Below are positions 34,466 through 46,400 of a stretch of DNA of 64,000 nt, one piece after another. The notes under the pieces are model-generated. The model worked only from the letters and a program-made list of their open reading frames with translations. It did not search any database and was not told where the DNA came from. Each line of letters opens with the position of its first letter. Within the stretch, counting starts at the first letter, position 1. The position numbers were made by a program, and so were the translations under genes. The stretch is from Okamejei kenojei (taxonomy: Eukaryota), in NCBI GenBank assembly GCA_035221665.1, contig CM069151.1, positions 14,384,001 through 14,448,000 of the forward strand. The letters run 5' to 3'.

Positions 34466-37400
34466 GTGAGTGAGGGAGGGGGCGGGCGGGCGGCTCCGGG
34501 CCGGGGGGTGCGGGGGATGCGGGGCCCGGGCCGGGGTTGGCGCTGGGCCTGGGTCTGGGCCCGGGGTACAGGCCGCTGCCGCTGCGGGCCTGGGCCTGGG
34601 CCTGGGGGGCCCGGGGTACAGGCCGCTGCCGCTGCGCTGGTCCTGGGTCTGGGCCTGCGTCTGGGCCCGGGGTACAGGCCGCAGCCGCCGCCGCTGCGCT
34701 GGGCCGGGGCCCGGGGTACAGGCCTCTCTCTCTGTCCGGCTGAAGCCCGGCTGCCCTCCCCCCCACGGCGCAGTCGGCCCCGGAGCCCGGGCATTTGCCC
34801 GGAGATGCTGCAGCCCAGCCCGGCCCGGCCCGGCCGCTGAGTTACCCCAGCGCGTTGTGTCTATCCGCGGGGCTCCACAGGAGCAGGCCGTGCCCCTGCT
34901 ACTCTCCACTCCCTTAAATCCCACCTGCTTAGAAAGATATTCGGACAGGAGTCACCACAGGCCTTTTGACCCCACTTGCCCATGCCGACCAACCCCTCCT
35001 GCTCCATATCTCTCTAACCCTTTCCTATATATATGGGAATGGGTTTGGAGAGCTATGGGTCAATGGGGCTAGCCTAGCCTAGCATCTGTAGTTTTTTTCT
35101 TCATAGCCCAGTGTACCAACTTGGTTGGCATGCACAAGATGGGCCGATGGGTCTGTTCCGCTGCCAGCTGACTGCGCTGGAGACCAGATTTCAATTCTTG
35201 CCTCTCCCCCCCCCCCCCCCCCCCCGTAAATGTATGGGTTTCCTCTGAGTGCTCCAGTTTTCTACAACATAGCAATGATGCACAAATTTGTAGGTTAATT
35301 CGGTCTCTGTAAGTTGCCCCTAATGTGCAGGGAGAAGATAAGAAAGTGAGATAACATAGAACTAGTAGGTCATCGTGGACTCGGTGGGCTGAAGGGTCTG
35401 TTTCCATTCCATGCTACATCTTTCAATGGTTATGAAAGTACGAAGGGTGAATTGTGGGGAATTTATGGTTAGAAAATTGATCATGAAAAGGTTATCATGT
35501 TCTGACTGAATGGTGTGCAGATACTAGGATCTGCTGCTATTCAAGTTAAAAAGTTAATTCAACTTAAATTTAGAGCTGAAAAAATCCTGTTGACCATCAT
35601 GAATCCTGATGGCTGTAAGCTTTATCTAGATCCTGTGTTTTTCATCTCTTTTCCCATGTTGTGAAAGGCAGACCTGGCCATTTTGCCAAGAAGCATTTCC
35701 TCATAGAAAACTTTCTGTACAAATATACTTTTAACTGCAATCAGAAGTGGTCCATATGGAATATGCTTAAGAGTCACCAGGAAAATAAGACTGTGTACCC
35801 TGTTAATGGTTTTCTGAGCAAATTGGTTGAATGGCTCATTGTATGTTGTAAACCATGTGCTAAATGTGGCTGAAGGTGAGAACAGCCATCCCCTACAGAT
35901 CCTTCATGCTGAGCTAGAGTCTCAATCCAATAGCAGGCTATCCTTGTAGTGGTTGTGGTGTGGATGAGTCTCTTGTACAATCTCGGGTGTGAATTGCCAT
36001 TGAGATCTGGAGAGGGATGCACTGCTCTTCATTGTGCTCTAAATTCATCAACGTGGTGAAAGATGTGCTTTGGTCAGCCTGAAACTTGTTGGTCTTCCAA
36101 TGTGAAGAGTTGTCAGCTAGTGAATGCTGGCACATGGTGGGGGAAATACATGCTGAGGGTGCACACAATGTAGCCATTACAAAGCTCTGAAGGAAGACCA
36201 CAGCACAAGGTCGTCCTGCCACTGGGTACGTAAGGACTGGATCTCATGGTGTAACCTCACACTCATTCCAGTTGAATATTGTGACTGGAAAAAATTAATT
36301 ATATTTGCTAGAATGTAAATATTGTAGGTGAATGCAATGATAAGCTAGGGACGGAGAATGGTAAGAACAGAAGACCATTGCCTTCTTCCCACCAGTTGAC
36401 AAGAGGTGAACGTTCTTTGCTGTATAATTGCAAATTTTATGAATAAAATATTTTTGGATTAAAAAAACAGCTTGTTTAGTCATCAGATGCATTTTACTCC
36501 TAAAATGCGTGAAGCAAAATCCTATGTCAGAAAACCGAATATTAACTACTTGATCTTGCTCATGGGATAGTCTCTGGCATTATGTTCATTCTGGTTCTGT
36601 AGCAGATTAATATTGAAGGAGTGGGTGTTTGATTCAAGCATATTAGTCTTTGTGTTGTTGTCTCTGGACAATCAAGCCATTTCTACCTTGTTAAAGAACG
36701 GTGGCACAGTGGTAGAGTTGCTGCCTTACAGTGCCAGAGACCCGGGTTCAATCCTGATAACGGGTGCTGCCTGTACGGAGTTTGTAGGCTCTCCCCGTGG
36801 CATGCATGGATTTTCTCCGCGATCTCCAGTTTCCTCTCACACTCCGAGGACATGCGGGTTTATAGGTTAATTGGCTTGGTATAATTGTAAATTGTCCCTA
36901 GTGTGTGGGGATGGCTGGTTGGCGCAAACGGAGTGGGCCGAATGGCCTGTTTCCATACCGTATCTCTAAACTAAACTAAAATATGGTTCAAACATACCTT
37001 CAGGGTTTCAATTTATTGTAACTAGCAGTCCCAGTACACTGTACCCTAATAATTTCTATAATATTTGTGTTCCACCTCTTCGGTCATTTCATTGACTAAA
37101 ATATTGCCTGCTTTAATTTTATCCAATGACTAATTTTAACAAAATAATGGTGTACATTTCTTTGACTTTTCAGACTGGCCTGTGGCGATGTTGAAGGGAA
37201 ATTGAATGTATTGTTTAACAGAGTACGGTCAATTCAAAAGAAAAGTGGAGATTTTGATGTGAGGACATTTTTGTTTATAAACTGGTTTTGTCATGCCAAA
37301 TGTTGTATTATACTTTAATAATAATTATAAAAAGGATTGTATGTATGATCAAGCTGGCTACCTAGCCATTATGTGCTTTTTATTGTATTTATGTGCCAAG

Positions 37401-40400
37401 CTCAGCTGCCAGTGGCTAACTATGTGAATTTTACTTGGGTCTGGGATGTATTTTTGCATTTTGTCGCTTGTTGTACTAGTTGAAAAGTAATTTGTTAAGT
37501 TGCAGTTTAAGAAGAAAACATATGTAATGGGTGATAGCTTTAACATGAAAACGAGTAAATTTCAGGCAACAATATTGATCTCTTAAAACATTGTTATAAC
37601 AACATATGTTGTAGCCAAATCTTGAGTTTCGTCCTGGATAAACCTATTCTAATGATTGCATTTCCTGAATTGGAAAGTATTGTACAACTTTAGTTCTGGG
37701 TTTATGATTCTACATTAAAATATAATTTGTTTAAAAAAAGGGAGTTGGTCACTGAATGGAAGATGTCGTTTTTTAAGTGAGTGTTGGTTAGGTTGCATTT
37801 GAAGATAACTTGATGTTTTGTTGAACTTTAAGATGACTTTGATGTAACTTCATGTTCGGTTATGGGAATATATCGATAGATAAGGATTGTTTTATTTTTC
37901 TCTGGCACACTAGATATTTTGAAAATGTTTAGTAACCTTTGTGTTAATAAGTAACGATGAATTGTAAAATTATTTTTGTTTTAGTGGTGGACTAGGTGAT
38001 GACGATGTATAATCTGGAATATATATTATGAACTTTGTGAAGTGGCAAAATTGGAAAACAATTGGAATAAAGCTTTTAAATAAATGTATGAATCAACATT
38101 TTTGAGGGGTTGACAAATGTTAATTTTTCATTATGGTGTCTCTTCTTGTACTTGTAGCTGTTGTTATGTGTAGGAAATTTCTTTGGAACCTCAGCAGAGG
38201 CAGAATCGGAATGGGCAGAATACAAATCTGGAGCCAAGAAAGGTAAATCAGTAACATATTTATACATTTTAATCATAGAATCATAGAAAATAGGTGCAGG
38301 ATTAGGCCATTCGGCCCTTCGAGCCTGCACCGCCATTCAATATGATCATGGCTGATCATCCAACTCAGTATCCTGTACCTGCCTTCTCTCCATACCCCCT
38401 GATCCCTTTAGCCACAAGGGCCACATCTAACTCCCTCTTAAATATAGCCAATGAACTGGCCTCAACAACCTTCTGTGGCAGAGAATTCCACAGATTCACC
38501 ACTCTCTGTGTGAAAAAAGATCTTCTCATCTCGGTCCTAAAAGACTTCCCCCTTATCCTTAAACTGTTCTGGACTTCCCCAACATCGGGAACAATCTTCC
38601 TGCATCTAGCCTGTCCAACCCCTTAAGAATTTTGTACGTCTCTATAAGATCCCCCCTCAATCTCCTAAATTCCAGCGAGTACATTTTCTGGTGTTGCAAA
38701 TGGAATTCATAAAACTTGTGCTTGTCACAAATTGCCACCTGTAAACAACAGATACTTTTATCATAGTTCTTTGTGGGGAAAAAGTGCTATTTGCAGTGCA
38801 TTAATTTTCTTGGCAGTCTCATTCAGACTTGTTCACTAAATCCTGTATGCCTTTCTAAGGTACAGTAAGTTTAAACACTTAATTTTTGCTTGCTGGTTTT
38901 ACATTGCGATTTTTTTTTTCCTTTTTTCCTTTTTTTCTTTTTATCCTTTATTTTTATATTTATAAAAATATGCTGCATAATCAATCCTCATTAGTGGTCA
39001 CTAAATATTTACTGAAATTTCACTCTAGTCAAGTATTTTATTGGCATTTGTACAGAAACAGAACAATGAAATTCTCACTTGCGGCAGCGCAACAGATATG
39101 CAAGCAGAGTACTCTATGTCAACACAAGTATAATACTAAAAGGTTCAGTGTGTGTGTATTTATATATGTGTAGAAAAAAACAAACAGTAATAATGCAAAG
39201 GCACAAACAGTGCCCCAAGTCTATAGTGTGAGGCTTATTTGGAAGCTGTTTAATAGCCTAATGGTTGGAGGAAAGAAGTTTCTCCTAAACCTGGATATTA
39301 CTGTTTTCAGACTTTGATACCACCTTCCTGATGACAGGAGTGGCGTGAGAGTGTGGTAAGGAGGTGTGGGTCGCTGACGATGCTGGCTACCTTTGTTTAG
39401 GCAGCGACTCAGTGGATCCTTTCGATAGTGGGGAGGTCAGTACCTGTGATGGACTGGGCAGTGTTCACCACATTTTACAATCTTCTTTGTTCCCTTGGCT
39501 TTCAAGTTGCCAAACCAGGCCATGATGCAACCAGTTAATATGCTCTTTACTACCTGTAGACGTCAAGCGACCATACGTTGATATTCCGAATCTTCCAAGG
39601 AAGTAGAGGTGTTCATTTGATTTTTATTACCGGATCTTTTTTTAGTAACATATTTAATGTATTGTTTTTAACTTTTTAATGATTGAAATGTTCAACTATC
39701 AGTTGAAACCAAATAGTGCGAACGAAATGTGCAAATAAAATGCAGAAACTAAGTACATTTGAATTTTCTTCCATGTGCAATTGTTTTAATCGTGCTTTTT
39801 TTTACATTGATTCTTTTTTTCCCAGCTCCAATGCAAACGTATATATTGGGTGCCAACGCTCAAGAAACAACAAAGTATTACTCCAGTGTAGATGGATGTG
39901 AATTGGCAGAAAACATTACATATTTAGGTATGTAGAAACAAAGCCTTGCTAATACTGGGTTACAAAAAAAGACACAAAGTACTGGAGTAATTAGCAGATG
40001 AGGCAGCATCACTGGAAAACGTAGATGGGCGATGATTTGGGATGGGACCCTACTTCTAGTCTGAAGAAGGGACCCGACCAGAAACATCACCTATCCATGA
40101 TCTCCAGTGATACAGCCTGACCCACTGATTTACACCAGCACTTTGTGACATATTTAAGTATATTCTGTATTCTTGTAGTTTGAAGCATCTATATTATGGT
40201 TGTGTGTATTCCTTAGATTGAGTGATCTTAGATTCCTAAGATCCAGTGAACTGATGTTTGGTTATATAATCCATACAGAACGCTTTAAATGCCAAGTTGG
40301 TACGATGTTTCTTCAGTGTGATATGTTATACTCCTGTAGGTCGGAAAGGTGTCTTTACAGGAGCATCAGGTTTACAAATTGCTTACCTGAGTGGAACAGA

Positions 40401-43400
40401 AGCCCGGAATGTACCAGCTCCTGCTTTCTGCTTTACCGCTGAGGATGTGACAAATTTGAAGAGTTCACTCGCTGCCAGCTCCAAATTCAAGGGGGTGGAT
40501 CTTCTCCTGACATCACAGTGGCCAAGAGGAGTATGGCAATATGGAAACAGTGTGGTCAGTTTATTACCTTCAGGTGTTTTAAATATTTCTTTTTAAAAAG
40601 CGCCTTATCTCTCAACATTTAAGAACCATTTGGATAAGCACTTGAATTGCAAAGGCATAGCAGACTTGTGGCCAAAAGTGCTGGTAAAAATGTGATTAAC
40701 ATTGATAGGTCCTTGATGGTCAGCGTAGGCATTGTGGATCTAGAGCAGTGCGTCGTAAACTGGTGAATGGTTCACCCAAGGGCGAATTAAAATATTTTCA
40801 GGTGAATGAAACTCGACGGGTGAATGAAGGGTGAATGACAATTTATTCAGATATTTATATATATTTTTTCTAACTTAAAAAGGGCATTGCCATTAAAGTG
40901 GTTAGTAAGCTCTTATTGGTTTAATGGCAGTGGAGCTGGAAATTTGATATGTTTTTTTCTCTCTACCCTATGGTTTTCTAATTTCAAAGTAGCAGGATAT
41001 TTCCCAAATTTACTGTAATATAACCTTTTAGGGAAGACCAGACGAGCTAGTGGGATCATAAATTTATAAATAGCAACACTGGAGGATCGCTGTAGGCAAC
41101 TGTTGAACTGTAACTTTACTTCATGCAGCAATTTAGCTACCAAAGTTGATATTTGGTGGTATTGTGAGCTTTCGTCAGGGAGAGTTATCGAAAGTTATAT
41201 TAGTTGGATACTAATATATTAAATCACATACTTCATGGTTTTTTGAGCTAGTTTTCCAAGAGAAAAACTGCAGTAATCAAAGCCCGAAAGGGTAGAATGG
41301 GGCTGAAGCCCAGTGTTTAGACATTGGAAGGTACACAATAGGCAACGCTTCGGGCCGAAACCCTTCTTCGGACTCAAGGAAATAGGCAACGTTTCGGGCC
41401 GAAACCCTTATATGAGGCATTTAGACATTGGAATGTTTTTTTTATAATTCTAATAAAATGATTTTCCAACTCCAATGGTATTAAACTTTTTTTTCGCTCC
41501 TAGTTTTCTTTACATTTTTAGTTCAAAAAGTTAAATAAAACAAACACTTGAGAAATGAGTTAATTTATGTTTTTTGCTCATGTGGCAATATAAATTATAT
41601 ATAATATTATACACAAGGGAGAATAAGACGAAAATTACCAAAAAAGAAAATTTAGTCAAGGGTGAATGCAAATTTTGTGATTAAAATTTTGTGAATAACA
41701 CTGACATAGTTTAAGAAGCACTGGTCTAGAGTATTTAAAGATGGTTTAGCATCTAGCTTTCCACACTCAACTAAAACTTGGTTCATTAGGAAATGTTTTA
41801 AGAATGTTGTGCAATATTTAAAATGGGTAAATTAAAAGTGTGCATAATTTTGATAACACCCAATGGTCTGGAACCTACCGAATTCCCAAGGCTGTCTGTC
41901 CTACTGCAGCAAGTGCAGTGTTGACTTTTACAATTCCTTGCATTTTCATTATTTGGGGTTGTGTTTATTATTATAGAAATAATTTAAACATTATAATACA
42001 AATGTTGCAAACTGTACACGGTGGCAGGCAGTAGATACGACTGTTTGGTACTTTTATACCTTGCCGGCGCCAACACGTGGAGACAATTGTGCACTGCCCA
42101 GGTTGTATGCAAAACAAAGCTTATCACTGTACCTAGGTACTCTAAAAATACCTAGATATCCTGTGATAATATAGTTTCATTCATTCATTAATTCATGTAT
42201 TAATTAATTAATTCAACAGTCCATATAGAGGTGTTGTGAAAAATGCATAACTAACCATATCATTCTCTTCCGCAGGAAGATATTGATAAAAAACTATGTG
42301 GCTCTGTGCTCATAGCAGATCTTGCATCTACCCTAAAACCCAGATATCATTTTGCTGCTTTGGAAGGAGCTAATTATGAAAGATTACCGTACAGGTATTG
42401 TCACCTATTCGTTTGATTCAGTCCAGAGAAGGTTTACCAAAATTCTGCCTGGATTAGGGGGCATTGGCTACAGGGAGACGTTCGGCAGACTTGGCTTGTT
42501 TTCTCTTGATCGCCGGAAGTTGAGGGGAGTCCTGATTGAAATACAACGTATTGTGAGAGGTGTAGCTGGGTGAGACGGCCAGAACTTTTTTCCTAGGATG
42601 GAAAAATCAAATATTAGAGGGCATAGCTTTAAGCTGAGATGGGCAAAGTTTAAAGAAGATGTGCAGGGCAGGGTTTTACACAGAGGGTGGCGAGTGCCTG
42701 GAGCGTGCTGCCACGGTTGGTGGTTGAGGCAGATATGATAGTGGCATTTAAAAGGCTTTTGTATATGCAGAGAATCGAGGAATATGGATCATGCACAAGG
42801 AGGTAAGAGATGATCTTGGCATCATGTCCAGCACAAACACAGTGGACCAAAAGGCCTGTTCTCGTGCTGCACTGTTTTATGATTCATTCGGTAAAATGCT
42901 TTTCTCGTAAATTCTTATCCCAATTGTGGTTACTTTCCTGCACTTAACATTTTTTAGTTTAGCTGTAGGAAGAACTTTATGTGCATATATGTGTAACATC
43001 TGTTTTGCAGTATTTTGTAAAATTATACTCTTTCCACTTTTGAGAATGATTTGGGAAGGAAAGTTTCAAAGTGAAAATGTGAATTTTAGTATGTTTTATA
43101 GTGATGAAGTTATTCAATTTAGGTTCCTTTTAAACAAACAACAAACTGACCGATAAGTAAAATTTTGTAAGTGTATTCACCCTAAAGTTCAAAGCCACAG
43201 TTGTCTTCATTTGATAACTTGCCACCTCAGACTGAGAATGGGAATGAACTGCTGTTTGACACTGGGGATGCAGGAATTAATAGATACTGTTTAAAACATT
43301 ATTTAAAGTTATTTCAAATTAGCTTTCTCATGGGTAGCAGATTAGAGGTTATTACAAATGAATATAATTTTTTCATTAAACCCAAGTCTCAATAGAAAAA

Positions 43401-46400
43401 TGCATCAACTTAACACAAGAAAAGACACAAAGTACTGGAGTAACTCAGTAGATCTCTGTTAGACATGATTAGGTCACGTTTCGGGCCAGGGCCTTCCTTC
43501 AGACATCAACTTAACGTGCTTGAATACTGAAAAGAAAGAGCGGTAGTATAAAGTTGGGGGCAATGTTGTTACATTGTAAAACATAGTTAATTGGAATAGA
43601 TCATGGAAAGTTTTACATTTGTTATGTAACCTAGTTTGAGCATAAACTTGTCTAAATTGAGCGTTTTGGATAACATTTGTAAATTACCAATTGTAGACAA
43701 GTAGAAACTCTGATCAAATTATTCAAATTGTCATGACATACAGGTTATCTCCAGGTTATTTATCTTTAAATAACCTGGAGATAAAGATGGTTCCTCTGTT
43801 AATGACCATTTGAAGTGTCGGAGCATTGCCGTGGTTTAGTACTGTGGGATTCATGCAGCAATATCTGATCTGGACTTCAAGGCCATCAGTCCGTTTAAGC
43901 TTTTGTACATTATAGGTCACAAGATGAGGCTGTAGAAAGGCTGTCCTTTTTTTTGTCTTCTCTAGTCCAAATGAAACTTGTAGGTGAACCAACAAAGCTG
44001 GTTGCAAACAGCATTGCTTAAACCAGAAACATCTAGGTCTGAATTACTTGGTATTGGAGCTTACTGTGCTTATACTTATGAACACTTTAATTATAATTAA
44101 ACTTTATTTTAAATTTAGAAACCATATGATACTACAGGAAAATGCACAGCATGTCACCAGGTTCATAGCACTGGCAAATATCAGCAATACCAGTAAGAAA
44201 AAGGCAAGTAGACAAGATTCTGAGTTAATGACATAATTAAACTTTGATAGAACATATCTGCAATACTCTGCATTTTTAATGTTTTCTTAATTTTAATGGA
44301 AGTATAATACTCAAGTCTAATATTGGGCGCACAGCATCGCCAGAGACAGCTCACACCCCAACCATAGACTTTACCCTCCTCCCATCCGGGAGACGCTACA
44401 GGTCCCTCCGCTACCGTACCAGCAGGCTCAAGAACAGCTTCTTCCCTGCGGCTGTCACACTTCTCAACATTGCACGTCAATGACTGTCTGTCTCCACCCC
44501 TCCACCCCCCGGACTATCCAATCACCAGCAAATTGCACGGATACCACTGTATATGTATAGATGTATATACTCATACTATTGCGCAATTACTTGGTTATTC
44601 GTAAGTTCGCCCGTCGGAGATACCAACTGCATTTCGTTGTCTCTGTATTGTACACTGCACAATGACAATTAAAGATTGAATTGAATTGAATAATAATAGA
44701 ATATTGACTGGCCTTGAGGGGGATACGACATATATTGCCTGAAGTAGATTCATATTGCCCGAGTCGAAGACGAGGGCAATATGGATCTAGTGAGGGCAAT
44801 ATATGTCGTATCTCCCGAAAGAGGACAGTCAATATTGTTATTATTACCCATTATCAGACATCTAGAGGAAAATTTGAACATCTCAGCTCGGCGGACTTCC
44901 ACGCAAAATTTAACCAAAATGGACGCGGCAGTCTTCCTGTCTGCCGTTTGAATATTCTAAATTTCCCACGCAGCGTCACGTTGCCGTCACGTTGCCAAGT
45001 TCCCGGATGTGAGACCAGGGGAATATAAGACTATATTCCCGCTGTTTTAACAGGTAAAGTCCATAGGCGTTCGCAAGAAAGGGGAATATAAGAAAATATT
45101 CCCCTGTTACCCCTGCTGGCAGTAAAAACCAAGGGAATACAATTTTGTAAAAGCATACCTCAGATGTGTGATATGGGTAATAATAATGTATATCCCTAAA
45201 ATATTATCTGTTCTTTTAGTATAACTCATTTTTGATTAATACCACTGAACCAAGCTTGATGCCTGCCACATACCAATTTAAAAACTTGGTTAATTCACAG
45301 GGTAGTATGGATTTTCAAAGCATTTTTGTTTTTACAAATGTCAGACTCTGAACACCGGAATAAGCTCTTCAACCCACCATACCTATCCCATCCTTTTTAC
45401 CCACATTAAGTCCATATTATCTTTGAGTCCTGTCCAGATGCTTTTTTAAATGTTGAGTGTGTCCGTGTCCACCACGGCTTCAGGCAGTGTCCTCCACACT
45501 ACAACCACCATGCAGACAAAGGAAATTTATTTTCTCCCCTCAGAATCTTTTAGTTATGTTGACAATATGACTCTATGTAAACAAGCTAGTAATTGTTGGC
45601 TTAACTATCTAAGGCTGAAAATAATGTTCCTGTTGGCAATAATAAAAGCCCTGTCCCACTGTGCGAGTTCACCCAAGAGCTCTCCCGAGTTTTAAAAAAA
45701 AAACAACTCGTGGTAAGCACGTAGAATGAACGTAGCGGGTACGTCGGAGCGCGGGACTTCTCTTAGCGCTAACAGCAGGTACTCGGGAAACGTGGTAACT
45801 CGTGAAGATTTTTCAACATGTTGAAAAATGTCCACGAGTAAAATATACTCGGGATGTAAAAATGTGATACTTTTTAACACGTAGTCATACCGTAGTAGCT
45901 CATGAGTTTACCGTAGTAGGACCTGGTGTCCTATATCACGATGGTATGTTCAGGATGGAAATAAGAATACTCAGTATATTCATTACCTTTGAATTGTAGT
46001 TTTATGTAATCCTCCCATAACTTCTGAGTTCCATTTCACAATATCTATCAGACATACAGAATGTTGCAAGGTAATATTTTGCTCAAAACTCAGTTGTATC
46101 TTTCTATCTCAATAAATATCACAAATGATGCCATTGTTTCAGCCACATTATGACAAAATATAGAATGTAGGTTATTTGTAATCCGTCACCCCATCCCAGA
46201 AACAACAGTACTTAAAGAAGAACATTTATTTTACTAATTTACAAGCTTGTACCATACATGGTCCGTTGATCCATATCCAGCATAATGTTGTGATAATTGC
46301 ATAAAACGTATTATTGTCTAAGACATTTGGTGTGGCATAGTAATCCATCTCAGTACTCATTTAGGCAAGTCCCAAGCTATAGATACTTTTCCCCCATCCC

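Larger units (their letters stand above)
34214..34900 (+). promoter_or_regulatory. CpG-island promoter / exon 1 region of CWF19L1
   Basis: Very high GC and CpG around ATG 34443; TCCCGCGGGA and TTCGCGAGA motifs; GC boxes. Confidence 0.75.

Noticed and set aside
32782-35072. Many overlapping 100-220-aa Arg/Gly/Ala/Pro-rich ORFs
   Set aside because: By-products of a stop-poor GC minisatellite and CpG island; only the 23-nt CWF19L1 exon 1 fits a gene model
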